Notes: generated from the sequence alone by a model not told the origin. Shown: positions 28,448 through 37,682, numbered from the stretch's first letter. The stretch: 64,000 nt of DNA from an uncultured Chloroflexia bacterium (GCA_963813535.1 CAWEZH010000003.1:768001-832000); one strand, 5' to 3'. A program made the numbers and translations.

Positions 28448-30682
28448 CTACGGCTTCGGTCGGAACACCGGCTCGATCGTGATGAACCCACTCAGGTACG
28501 GCCGTTTCGGCCCGTTGCGACCGGCCGAAGCCTGTGGCCAGCGGGGCAGGCGCACCGAGTAATCGGCGTCGATCCGGCCGTCGGTGACGAGCTCCATCGG
28601 GACGGTCGGCACGTTGAACGTCAGCGGCACCGATACGGCGCTGACCGCGTCGAGGAGCGGCTGCGATCCGATCTCGAACCCGAGCTGCCACAGCACGAAC
28701 TGGACGCCGAGCGAGTCAGGTGCTGCCCGAAGGATCGACATGGCGGTGTCGAGGTCGACCTCCGTCCCGGTCGCAGCGGCGTCGAGCAGGATGAGGGCGT
28801 CGGCCTCAGGGCCGGCGGGTATGCGGGATCGCTGGGCCGCCGCGTCGTCGGACCGTCCGGCGAGGATGGCGACGGCCGCCGCCGTCACGGGGTCCGCCTC
28901 ACCGATCCGCGGGATCGCGTTCGCCTGCGCTGCGGCCCACGTCGCCTCGTCGAAGAGCGCGCTCGGGCGCTCCGAGAACACGAGCGTCGGGACCTGGACC
29001 ATCGCATCGGCGAGCGCCTGTGCTGCGGTCGCTGCATCGGACTCGAAGCGCTGCGCGGCCAGGTTCACGCTGGCGGTGGCGTCGTACGGGCCAGAGGCGT
29101 CGGCTCGTGCCCACAGGGCCTCGGGCTCGGAGGCCAGGGCGGCCCGCTGCGCGATCACGAACGTGAACGGCTCGGCCCTGTCCATCGCTTCCAGCGACGC
29201 CGCGGCCCCGGCATCATCGCCGAGCGACCGTCGGGCGAGGGCCTGCCCGAGTCGATACGCGGGCAGGTCGTGGAGCGCCACCGCGGCGTCGAAGTCCCGC
29301 GCCGCGGCGCTCGGATCGCCTCGGTCGAGTGCCTGGTTCCCGGCGGCCGCGTAGACCATCCCGGTGTCGATCGGCACGAGCAGGGCAGCCCCGACCAGCA
29401 CGAGTGCGCCGGCCACGGCGGTGACGGCCGTCGGTCGACGGCTTGCCGGCGCTCCCTCGGGTAATCCCGCCGCAAGCTCGAGCCGGGCGACGAGGTGCAG
29501 GACGAGCAGGACGACCGCAGGGAGGTGGAATTGGGTGTCCACGATCGAGTGCACGCCGACGGCCACCAGGCTCGCCGTCACCACGATGGCAAGCCGACGA
29601 TCGGCGGCAGGACGGTCGACCCCCAGAGCCCTCCAGGCGATCCGGGCGATCGTCGCGATCAGCCACGCGGCGGCCAGCGCACCGATGAGTCCGGCGTCCG
29701 TGAGGACCTGCAGGATGCTGTTGTGGCTCGTTGCGAGCACCGCAAGGTTGTCATCCGAGATGGGCGTGGATGCGCGGAGCCCCGGCCATGCCCCCGGCCC
29801 GACACCGACGAGTGGCGAGCTGGTGAACATCGACCAGGCGGCCGACCACAGCTCGAGCCGACCGGCATCGCCGCTGAGCATCCGCTCGACGACGAGCGGT
29901 AGCAGCACGACCCCGAGCACGACCGCACCGATCGCGACGACGCGGCGCGACGTCGTGGACAGGACGGCCCGCACCGAGAGCCCGCTCGACCGCCAGACGA
30001 GCAGCAGCGCGACCGCCGTGCCGGCCGCCGCCCCGAGCCATGCCCCGCGTGAGCCGGTCACGAGCATCGCGAACGCGGCGAGCGCTGCGAGCCCGAGCGT
30101 GAACCCTCGAGAGTGCCAGCGCACCCACGCCAGCCAGATCGCGATCGGAGCGAGGAGCTCGAGGTACAGGGCCACGGCGTTGACGGTCCCGACAGTCAGG
30201 CCAACGTCGCCGGGTCGGAGCGGTGGGATCGATGGCCCGGCGATCGACCACCACGAGATCCACTGTGTCAGCGCCTGGATGAGGTACGCGACGATGAAGA
30301 CCGACGTCGCCAGGATGATCAGCCAGTCGACGCGCGGCCGTAGTCGCTCGTCCGCAAGCGCGGCCCGGACGACGAAGTAGGCCGGAGCGCTGATGAGCAG
30401 CAGCGCGAGCGCCTCGAGGCTGGCCGCCTGCCGTTGGCTCGTGACCGTCGCGATCGCCGTGACCGCGACCCATGCTGCGCCGGGCAGGAGCAGCGGCGAG
30501 CGGACGTCCAGGCGACCGCGCAGCGCGACGATCCCGCCACAGATGACGACGCCGAGAACGAGGACCTGGTTGAGGATCCTCGACTGGGGCGAGGCGAGGA
30601 AATTCGACGCTCCGCTGAAGAACGTCAGGTCGACGAAGAGGAGGGCGACGACGAGCCAGATGACCGTGTCGCGGGCTCTCAC
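28448..30682 (-). CDS. O-antigen ligase/O-oligosaccharyltransferase-like protein with a C-terminal helical (TPR-like) domain
   Basis: TGSRGAWLG, GRLELWSAA, PLVGVGPG and SHNSILQVL Wzy_C-type motifs. Confidence 0.8.
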   Translation of the reverse strand: MRARDTVIWLVVALLFVDLTFFSGASNFLASPQSRILNQVLVLGVVICGGIVALRGRLDVRSPLLLPGAAWVAVTAIATVTSQRQAASLEALALLLISAPAYFVVRAALADERLRPRVDWLIILATSVFIVAYLIQALTQWISWWSIAGPSIPPLRPGDVGLTVGTVNAVALYLELLAPIAIWLAWVRWHSRGFTLGLAALAAFAMLVTGSRGAWLGAAAGTAVALLLVWRSSGLSVRAVLSTTSRRVVAIGAVVLGVVLLPLVVERMLSGDAGRLELWSAAWSMFTSSPLVGVGPGAWPGLRASTPISDDNLAVLATSHNSILQVLTDAGLIGALAAAWLIATIARIAWRALGVDRPAADRRLAIVVTASLVAVGVHSIVDTQFHLPAVVLLVLHLVARLELAAGLPEGAPASRRPTAVTAVAGALVLVGAALLVPIDTGMVYAAAGNQALDRGDPSAAARDFDAAVALHDLPAYRLGQALARRSLGDDAGAAASLEAMDRAEPFTFVIAQRAALASEPEALWARADASGPYDATASVNLAAQRFESDAATAAQALADAMVQVPTLVFSERPSALFDEATWAAAQANAIPRIGEADPVTAAAVAILAGRSDDAAAQRSRIPAGPEADALILLDAAATGTEVDLDTAMSILRAAPDSLGVQFVLWQLGFEIGSQPLLDAVSAVSVPLTFNVPTVPMELVTDGRIDADYSVRLPRWPQASAGRNGPKRPYLSGFITIEPVFRPKP

Positions 30683-30987
30683 GGTCCCATCCTAGTCGGC
30701 GGCCGGGGTAGGACCCCGGCCACTAGCGGCGGGCGCGTTGGAGTGGTCGTTCGACCTGGGCGCGGAAGCGACGGACGGCTCGCTCGTGACGGATGAGCCA
30801 CCACGTGGCGTACCCGACGACGATCGTCGAGCTCGCTACGGCGGCTGCGGTGAGGCCTTCCATGGGGTCCGAGTCTCGGCTTCGGGGCAGGTCGCGTCGA
30901 GGCGCCAGAAGGGCTATCCGGGGGTTTCCCGATAGCCCGTTCGTACCGGTCGGAGGGACCAGGACCCGGTGCTACGCTGCACCGGCC

Positions 30988-32559
30988 GTGCGTATCCCGT
31001 TCGTCCTATACGCGCTTGCCCTGGTCGCGCGGGTCGTGCTCATCTGGCACTTCCCCGACCCGGCGTATCCCAATTCGTTCTACTACGTGGACGTCGCCCG
31101 GAACCTCGCCGACGGTCGTGGATTCACGACCGACCTGATCTGGATCTTCCCCGAGGTCGGCGGAACGATCCCGGCCGACCCGACCCTGCCGATCCCCTCG
31201 AATGCCCATTGGATGCCACTGGCGTCGCTGGTCCAGGTCCCGTTCATCGCCGTGCTCGGTCCGACGGCGTGGGCATCGGCGCTGCCGTTCGCCCTGTTCG
31301 GCTCCCTGGCCGCACCCCTCACCTGGGCGATGGCCCGCGATGCCGGCGCGTCGCGCATGGTCGCGCTCGGTGCCGGCGTCCTCGTCGCGATCCCCGTCAT
31401 GTCGGTCGTGTACATGGTCCAGCCGGACAACTTCTCCCTCTATCAGCCGCTCGTCCTGGCGGCCCTCTGGATGGGTGCCCGCGGGCTGAAGGGCTCCCCA
31501 CGTGCCTTCGCGGCGGCAGGCCTCCTGGCAGGCCTCGCGACCCTGTCGCGGAACGACGGGCTGCTCGTGCTCGTCGCCCTCGGGCTCGCATTCCTGTGGG
31601 ACCGCTGGCGCCGGAAAGCGATCCCGTGGTCGGCGGCGGTGGCGTGCGTCGGGCTCTTCGTGCTCGTCATGGCGCCGTGGTGGCTGCGCCAGCTCGCGGT
31701 CTTCGGATCCCTCTCCCCGTCGACCGCGTCCGGCAAGGTCCTGTTCATCCGCGATATCGGCGAATGGAACAGCATCACCACGCCCGCGACACTGGAGCAC
31801 CTCCTGGGCATGGGCGTCGGGCCGCTCCTCGCCACGCGCATCGCCGGGCTCCTGTCGGCGATCACCATCTACTCGGTCCTGGTGGGTGGAGTCGTGCTCG
31901 TGCCGTTCATGCTCATCGGGGCCTGGGCACGCCGGCGATCCCTCGACTTCGGTCCGTTCTTCCTGTATGCGGGCCTGCTCTTCGCGTTCTCGGCCCTGGT
32001 GAGCGCCATCCACGTGCCGGGCGGGACCTTCATCCATTCGGCGGTGGCGCTCGCCCCGTACTCGTACGTCCTCGCCCTCGAGGGGATCGGCGTCGGTGTC
32101 GCCTGGGTCGCCGCGCGACGGCCATCGTGGGACGCTGCGGCGGCGACCCGCGCCTTCACCGGCGCAGCGGTGGTGTTCGCCGCCGGGGCGGCGGTCGTCG
32201 GGTCCCTGTTCGTGCACGGGGTGTGGTCCGCCGGTCGGGCCAAGTTCCAGCAGGTCGCCACGGCGCTCGATGCGGCGAGCGCGCCGGCCACGGACCGGGT
32301 GATGTCGATCGACGCCGCGGGCACGAAGTACTGGACCGGCCGTGGCGGCGTGGTGCTGGTCAACGACCCGCTCGAGACGGTCAACGACGTCGCCGACGCC
32401 TACGACATCGATTGGCTGGTGCTCGACCGTGAGGAGAGCGTGAAGCCGATGGCCCCGGTCCTCGACGGCACCGCCCGACCGATTTGGCTCGGCGACCCGA
32501 TCCTGACCGTAGGCAATCCGCTGCAGCTCGCGGTCTACCCGGTCGAGGTGGCGCCGTGA
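30988..32559 (+). CDS. GT39/ArnT-like membrane glycosyltransferase
   Basis: YYVDVARNLADGRG, HWMPL, GLATLSRNDG and PWWLRQLAVFG motifs. Start GTG 30988. Confidence 0.75.
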   Translation: MRIPFVLYALALVARVVLIWHFPDPAYPNSFYYVDVARNLADGRGFTTDLIWIFPEVGGTIPADPTLPIPSNAHWMPLASLVQVPFIAVLGPTAWASALPFALFGSLAAPLTWAMARDAGASRMVALGAGVLVAIPVMSVVYMVQPDNFSLYQPLVLAALWMGARGLKGSPRAFAAAGLLAGLATLSRNDGLLVLVALGLAFLWDRWRRKAIPWSAAVACVGLFVLVMAPWWLRQLAVFGSLSPSTASGKVLFIRDIGEWNSITTPATLEHLLGMGVGPLLATRIAGLLSAITIYSVLVGGVVLVPFMLIGAWARRRSLDFGPFFLYAGLLFAFSALVSAIHVPGGTFIHSAVALAPYSYVLALEGIGVGVAWVAARRPSWDAAAATRAFTGAAVVFAAGAAVVGSLFVHGVWSAGRAKFQQVATALDAASAPATDRVMSIDAAGTKYWTGRGGVVLVNDPLETVNDVADAYDIDWLVLDREESVKPMAPVLDGTARPIWLGDPILTVGNPLQLAVYPVEVAP

Positions 32560-34193
32560 ACCGCGGCGCGTGGCTGTCGGCGCTCGGCATCTTCGGCGTC
32601 GCCCTGCTCGCGCGTGCCATCTTCGCCGGTCAGGTCGTCTTCCCCAAGCCGGAGGACACGGCCTACTACGTCGGCGTCGCGCGGAACCTCGTCGAGGGAC
32701 GCGGGCTGGTGTCGGACGCGCTGTGGAGCTATGCGACGCCGCCGCTGGTCTTCCCGCGACCGGCGTTCGAGGTGTGGTTGCCACTCCCCACCTTCGTGGC
32801 CGCGATCCCGATGCTGCTCCTCGGCCCGACCCTGGGTGCCGCGCAGGTGATGAGCGTGCTCGTCGGGGCGATCGTGCCCGTCCTCGCGTGGCGGCTCGCC
32901 GCCGATGTCGCCGAGGAGCGGAGCATGTCCCCGGTCGGCGCCCGGACGCTGGCACTCGGGACCGGCCTCACCTCGGCCGTCTACCTGCCGCTCGTCCTTC
33001 ACTCGGCGCTCCCGGACTCCACGATGCTCTTCGCGGCTCTCGCTCTCGGCGCGTGCCTGCTCATGGCCCGGGTGCTGGCGGACCCACGCCAGGGCCGTCT
33101 GGCCGACGCACGTCTGCTCGGGATCGGCGTCCTCCTGGGGCTGGCCGCGTTGACCCGCAACGAGGCCGCGTGGCTCGCGCTCACCTGGGTCGGCCTCGTC
33201 GCGGTGGCACGGGATGTCGATCGGGCGACGAAGGTGCGGATCATCGGCGTGGTCGGGATCGTCGCGGCGCTGGTGTTCGCGCCATGGGCGCTCCGCAACT
33301 GGTCGGCCTTCGGCAGCCCGCTACCCGGGCAGGCCGTGACCAACGCCTTCTCCGTCACCGGCTTCGACATCTTCGCCTGGAACGACCCACCCACGTTGGC
33401 TCGCTACCTGGCGGTCGGGCCGGCGCGGCTCATCGAGATGCGTGTCGAGGGCCTCGCCCACAACCTGTTCAACGTCCTGGTGCTGCCCGGTTTTCCCCTG
33501 TCGGCGATCGGCCTCCTTGCGCTGCCATGGACGGCACGCGGCCGAGCCGTCAGGCCGGTCCTCGTGGTCAGCGTCATCACCTTCCTCGTGACGAGCCTGG
33601 TGTTCCCCGTGGCGACGACCTGGGGCACGTTCCTGCATGCCGCAGGACCCGCACAGGTGCTCATCGTCCTGTCGGCCTTGCTGGCGCTCGACGGACTGCT
33701 GGCCGCGGTCGGACGACGGCTTGGCTGGACGAAGGATGTCAGCTGGCTCGGCGCGACGATGGGTGTCGCCTCGAGCGTGCTGTTCTCGGTCGTGCTGCTG
33801 ACCGGTTTCGCCACCGGGTCGCACGAGACCGCGCGTCTGTACGACGAGCTGGCGACGCGCATGTCCGCCGTCGACCGCTCCCTCGCCACACCGGGCATCC
33901 GCCTTATGAGCAACTTCCCGATCTGGGTCGCCGAGACGCAGCGCGCCTCGACGCTCGCGTTGCCGGACGAGCCACCCGAGGATGTCCTCGACCTGGCGGC
34001 CACATTCCCCGGGACCAGATACCTCATCCTGACCAGCCCGGAATCCACCCACTGGCCAGGGGACCTCGCGACCACCCAGACAGGCGCGGAATGCTTCGCG
34101 CCGATCGACCTCGGGCCGTATGCCGGCACCGGCCAGGATCCGCTGCGGTCGACGACCGTCTACGAGATCGGCTGCCCTGGAGTCACCCAGTGA
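32556..34193 (+). CDS. GT39/ArnT-like membrane glycosyltransferase (tandem paralogue of the upstream gene)
   Basis: EDTAYYVGVARNLVEGRG, WLPL, GLAALTRNE and PWALRNWSAFGSP motifs; GTGA overlap. Confidence 0.75.
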   Translation: MNRGAWLSALGIFGVALLARAIFAGQVVFPKPEDTAYYVGVARNLVEGRGLVSDALWSYATPPLVFPRPAFEVWLPLPTFVAAIPMLLLGPTLGAAQVMSVLVGAIVPVLAWRLAADVAEERSMSPVGARTLALGTGLTSAVYLPLVLHSALPDSTMLFAALALGACLLMARVLADPRQGRLADARLLGIGVLLGLAALTRNEAAWLALTWVGLVAVARDVDRATKVRIIGVVGIVAALVFAPWALRNWSAFGSPLPGQAVTNAFSVTGFDIFAWNDPPTLARYLAVGPARLIEMRVEGLAHNLFNVLVLPGFPLSAIGLLALPWTARGRAVRPVLVVSVITFLVTSLVFPVATTWGTFLHAAGPAQVLIVLSALLALDGLLAAVGRRLGWTKDVSWLGATMGVASSVLFSVVLLTGFATGSHETARLYDELATRMSAVDRSLATPGIRLMSNFPIWVAETQRASTLALPDEPPEDVLDLAATFPGTRYLILTSPESTHWPGDLATTQTGAECFAPIDLGPYAGTGQDPLRSTTVYEIGCPGVTQ

Positions 34194-34888
34194 ACGATGC
34201 CCATGCTCCGCAACCGATGGATGCCGCCCCGGTCGTGCTTGAAGCACTCGACGCCGAGCGAGCTCGCATCGGGCGCGAGATCCACGACGGACCCGCACAG
34301 GTGCTGACCAATGCCCTCTTCGAGGTCGACGACATCGAGCGGCTGGTCGAACGCGATCCCGCCGCGGCGCTGGTCAGCCTGCGCCAGTTGCGAGCGATGC
34401 TGCGGCGCGAGCTCGCCAACGTCCGTGAGTTCATCTCGGAGCTCCGACCGCCGACCGTCGACGCCGGCGGCCTCGACGATGCGTTGACCGACGCCGTCGA
34501 TGGATTCCGGACGGCGACGCGGCTCGCCGCCATCACTGATCTTCGCGGTCCGAGCGGTCAGCTCGACGACCGCCAACGGACCGTGGCCCTCCGAGTCGCC
34601 CAGGAGGCATTACAGAATGTCCGCAAGCACGCCCAGGCATCCACCGTCGTGGTGAGCACGGACGTGACCGGCGATGAATGGACCCTCGAGATCCGTGACG
34701 ACGGTCACGGATTCGACATGGGTACGGTGGCGGCCCGCGGCCGTCGGAACTTCGGCATGCAAGTGATGCATGAAAGAGCCGAGCAGATCGGCGCCCGCTT
34801 CGACGTACGATCTCGACAGGACGGCGGTACCGTGGTCCGACTCGCGATCCCGACGGGCGCCCCAACGGGAGCAAAGGAGAACGGATGA
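34190..34888 (+). CDS. HisKA_3 histidine kinase without a sensor domain
   Basis: ERARIGREIHDGPAQ H-box, QEALQNVRKHA N-box, RDDGHGF G1 and FGMQVMHERA; only about 232 aa. Confidence 0.88.
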   Translation: MNDAHAPQPMDAAPVVLEALDAERARIGREIHDGPAQVLTNALFEVDDIERLVERDPAAALVSLRQLRAMLRRELANVREFISELRPPTVDAGGLDDALTDAVDGFRTATRLAAITDLRGPSGQLDDRQRTVALRVAQEALQNVRKHAQASTVVVSTDVTGDEWTLEIRDDGHGFDMGTVAARGRRNFGMQVMHERAEQIGARFDVRSRQDGGTVVRLAIPTGAPTGAKENG

Positions 34889-35631
34889 CTGCGATGGAAT
34901 ACGGCGGACCGGAACGGCGTCGGGGTGGTCCCGATCGTCGAGACGCGGGTGAGACGACCCGCATCCTCATCGTCGACGATCACGCGCTGTTCCGAGTCGG
35001 GATCGCCAACATCCTCTCGCGCGAACCAGACCTCGAGGTCGTCGGCGAGGCCGAGGATTCCCGGAGCGCGGTCGACCGCGCCCTGGAGACCTCGCCCGAC
35101 ATCATCCTGATGGATCTGTCGTTGCCGTCACCCGGCGGCATCGAGACCACTCAGCGCATCAAGCGCGAGCTGCCCGCGACCGGGATCATCGTGCTCGCCG
35201 TCAACGAGGACGAGGATTCGCTGTTCGACGCGATCAAGGCCGGTGCCGCGGCATTCATCCTCAAGGACGTGGGTCCGGACGATCTCGTCACGATCATCCG
35301 CCGTGTCGCCGATGGTGAGTTCCTCATCAACGACAAGGTCTTCTCGAAGCCGGCGGTCGCCACGCGCGTGCTCAAGGAGTTCCGCGAGCTGGCGGTCTAC
35401 GGCCAGGAGGCCGCGCCCATCTTCGCCCCGCTGTCACCGCGCGAGGTCGAGATCCTCGACAACATCGCGCAGGGCATGACCAACAAGCAGGTCGCCTATG
35501 CCCTCACGATCAGCGAGCAGACGGTCAAGAACCATATGAGCTCGATCCTTCGCAAGCTGTCGGTGAACGACCGCACGCAGGCCGTGGTGTACGCGATGCG
35601 CCAGGGCTGGATCCGGATGCCCGAGGACTGA
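34885..35631 (+). CDS. NarL/LuxR (DegU-like) response regulator with an Arg-rich N-terminal extension
   Basis: ILIVDDH, IILMD, FILKD and LSPREVEIL...TNKQVA...SEQTVKNH motifs; AAAGGAG Shine-Dalgarno before ATG 34885. Confidence 0.93.
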   Translation: MTAMEYGGPERRRGGPDRRDAGETTRILIVDDHALFRVGIANILSREPDLEVVGEAEDSRSAVDRALETSPDIILMDLSLPSPGGIETTQRIKRELPATGIIVLAVNEDEDSLFDAIKAGAAAFILKDVGPDDLVTIIRRVADGEFLINDKVFSKPAVATRVLKEFRELAVYGQEAAPIFAPLSPREVEILDNIAQGMTNKQVAYALTISEQTVKNHMSSILRKLSVNDRTQAVVYAMRQGWIRMPED

Positions 35632-36806
35632 TGGTGACCGACCCCGCGATCCCGCCGACCTCGACCGTCGAGGCGTTATCGGCGCGGCTCGCGGACGACC
35701 TCGGCACGATCGACAAGGAGCTCGACGAGATCGATCTCCTGATCTCGCAGGCCAGGACCGAGGCGGGCCGGCACGAGACCCGTCGGTCGACCGCCGAGGA
35801 GAAGCTCGCTTCGCTGCCCGAGAGCGCCGACGTCCGGGATCGACTCGAACAGACGACCAACCTGGTCGCGCTGACGAAGCGAGCCGCGCTGATGGAGACG
35901 CAGGTCGAGGTGCTCGAGGGGAAGCGACGATCGATCGGTCGCTACCGCGATGCCATCGCTGCGTACATCGATGCCCTGGCCGGCGTCGACCCGAACGCGA
36001 CGGAGGGTGAAGGCGACCAGCCGATGCCGCCGGCGGTCGCCCGGCTGCTCATGAGCGCCCAGGAGGACCTCCGGCGCGAGATCGCGCGTGAGATGCACGA
36101 CGGCCCGGCCCAGAGCCTGACCAACATCGTGCTCCAGGCGCAGATCGTCGAGCGCCTGATGGCGACGGATCCGGACGGTGCCGCCACCGAGGTGCACCAG
36201 CTCGTGGCCATGGTCCAGCAGACGCTGGAGGCCACCAAGACGTTCATCTTCGATGTCCGGCCGATGGTGCTCGACGACCTCGGTCTGGTGCCGACCCTCC
36301 GACGGGCCACGCGCGAGCGCAGCCGACGCGCCGAGGTGCCGGTCGAGTTCGAGTCGATGGGTCAGGACCGCCGGCTGCCGATGGACCTCGAGAGTGGCCT
36401 GTTCCGGATGCTCGACGAGGCGCTGGCGGCATTCCTCGCCGGCGACCCGGACCAGGTGTCGCTCAAGCTGGACTGGGGCGATCGACTGACGGCCGACGTC
36501 GTTGCGACCCGTGCGGTCGCTGCCGCGGAGGCGCGGTCCGACGTGGAGATCCCGAGCGAAGAAGGTGACGAGAACCTGCCGCCCGCGCTGGCTGCCCTCG
36601 TCGAGGAGCGGCGTGCCGCCAAGCGCAAGGCGGCCGAAGCGGCCGTTCGCGCGGCGGTCGTGGCGCTGCCGCCCACGACGTGGCGGGAGATCCAGGATCG
36701 AGCCGTGTCGGTCGGTGTCGAGGCGGAGCTCCGAGCCGACGGCAGCCACCTGCACCTCGAGACCGAACTGCCCGCGCTGGACAGCGCGGTGTCCGGGACG
36801 TCGTGA
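35631..36806 (+). CDS. DegS-like coiled-coil HisKA_3 protein with a degenerate ATPase domain
   Basis: N-terminal coiled coil and RREIAREMHDGPAQ H-box; the N-box Asn and DxGxG motif are absent. Confidence 0.75.
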   Translation: MVTDPAIPPTSTVEALSARLADDLGTIDKELDEIDLLISQARTEAGRHETRRSTAEEKLASLPESADVRDRLEQTTNLVALTKRAALMETQVEVLEGKRRSIGRYRDAIAAYIDALAGVDPNATEGEGDQPMPPAVARLLMSAQEDLRREIAREMHDGPAQSLTNIVLQAQIVERLMATDPDGAATEVHQLVAMVQQTLEATKTFIFDVRPMVLDDLGLVPTLRRATRERSRRAEVPVEFESMGQDRRLPMDLESGLFRMLDEALAAFLAGDPDQVSLKLDWGDRLTADVVATRAVAAAEARSDVEIPSEEGDENLPPALAALVEERRAAKRKAAEAAVRAAVVALPPTTWREIQDRAVSVGVEAELRADGSHLHLETELPALDSAVSGTS

Positions 36807-36961
36807 CCGCGTTCGCGCGCGGGCAAGGCCTCGTCGAGTACGGGCTGATCCTGGCCATCACCGCGGTGCTCACGACCGTGTGGCTCGTGGTGTTCGGCGG
36901 GACCGTGTCGGACGCGCTCACGGCGATCGGGATCGCCATCGACCGGGCGACCGGGGGCTGA
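36803..36961 (+). CDS. flp: Divergent Flp-family pilin (minor pilin candidate)
   Basis: VTAFARG/QGLVEYGLILA plus a hydrophobic helix; GTGA overlap with the upstream stop. Confidence 0.75.
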   Translation: MTAFARGQGLVEYGLILAITAVLTTVWLVVFGGTVSDALTAIGIAIDRATGG

Positions 36962-37086
36962 AGGGAGTACCGGTGCGTTCAGACGACCGGCGGTACCATC
37001 GTCTCAGTATCCGGGCGTGGGGTGCCTACATATATTGGCGCAGCCCTCGATCTGAGGGTGAGTACTCATCCAGGAGGCACCTACGA

Positions 37087-37257
37087 ATGGCGCTCTTCAA
37101 CTCGTTCCTCGCCACGCTTCGCCGTGACGAGGAGGGCCAGGGTCTCGCGGAGTACGCGCTGATCCTCGCACTCATCGCGATCATCGCGATCATCGCGCTG
37201 ATCTTCCTGGGCAACCAGGTCAGCACCATCCTGAGCACGGTCGGCAGCTCGGTCTAA
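37087..37257 (+). CDS. flp: Flp type IVb/c pilin, copy A (56 aa)
   Basis: AGGAGG SD; MALFNSFLATLRRDEEG/QGLAEYALILALIAIIAIIALIFLGNQVSTILSTVGSSV. Confidence 0.95.
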   Translation: MALFNSFLATLRRDEEGQGLAEYALILALIAIIAIIALIFLGNQVSTILSTVGSSV

Positions 37258-37278
37258 GACCTCGCTTCGACAACGCAG

Positions 37279-37314
37279 GACCGCCGGTCATGAGACCGGC
37301 GGTCTTTCGTTTTT
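37279..37314 (+). terminator. Intrinsic terminator after flp A
   Basis: GACCGCCGGTC-atga-GACCGGCGGTC followed by TTTCGTTTTT. Confidence 0.88.
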
Positions 37315-37345
37315 CCGGCGCGTCCGTCTAGGTAGATGTGACCGT

Positions 37346-37374
37346 TTGACAGGACGCATCACCGCCCGTACGGT
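37346..37374 (+). promoter_or_regulatory. Sigma70-type promoter for flp B
   Basis: TTGACA-N17-TACGGT. Confidence 0.75.
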
Positions 37375-37427
37375 GGCCGCCGCCTCCACGACAGGAGGTT
37401 CTCGAGAAAGGAGCACCCGGAACTCGA

Positions 37428-37598
37428 ATGAGGCAGTTTCTCGGACTTATCGATCCATCCCGCCGCGACGAGGAGGGCCAGGGTCTCGCGGAGTACGCGC
37501 TGATCCTCGCACTCATCGCGATCATCGCGATCATCGCGCTCATCTTCCTGGGCAACCAGGTCAGCACCATCCTGAGCACGGTCGGCAGCTCGGTCTAG
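37428..37598 (+). CDS. flp: Flp pilin, copy B (56 aa; missed by the ORF track)
   Basis: MRQFLGLIDPSRRDEEG/QGLAEYALILALIAIIAIIALIFLGNQVSTILSTVGSSV; mature part identical to copy A. Confidence 0.93.
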   Translation: MRQFLGLIDPSRRDEEGQGLAEYALILALIAIIAIIALIFLGNQVSTILSTVGSSV

Positions 37599-37617
37599 AG
37601 CCCCCATCGACAGACTT

Positions 37618-37653
37618 GACCGCCGGCCCTGCGGGGACCGGCGGTCGATGTTT
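37618..37653 (+). terminator. Hairpin or terminator after flp B
   Basis: GACCGCCGG...CCGGCGGTC followed by GATGTTT; related to the flp A hairpin. Confidence 0.65.
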
Positions 37654-37682
37654 ACGGATGCACCAGCGTCTGCACCAAATCG

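Noticed and set aside
32570-34888. 772-aa ORF suggesting a long sensor kinase
   Set aside because: The N-terminal part is an off-frame shadow of the GT39-like gene; the kinase starts at 34190 (or ATG 34217).
36962-37086. Possible c-di-GMP riboswitch upstream of flp A
   Set aside because: Only a short hairpin (CCCTC..GAGGG) is visible and I see no class I/II consensus. An Rfam scan would settle it.
36502-37257. 251-aa ORF ending in a pilin
   Set aside because: Only the last 56 codons, after the AGGAGG SD, are a real gene.
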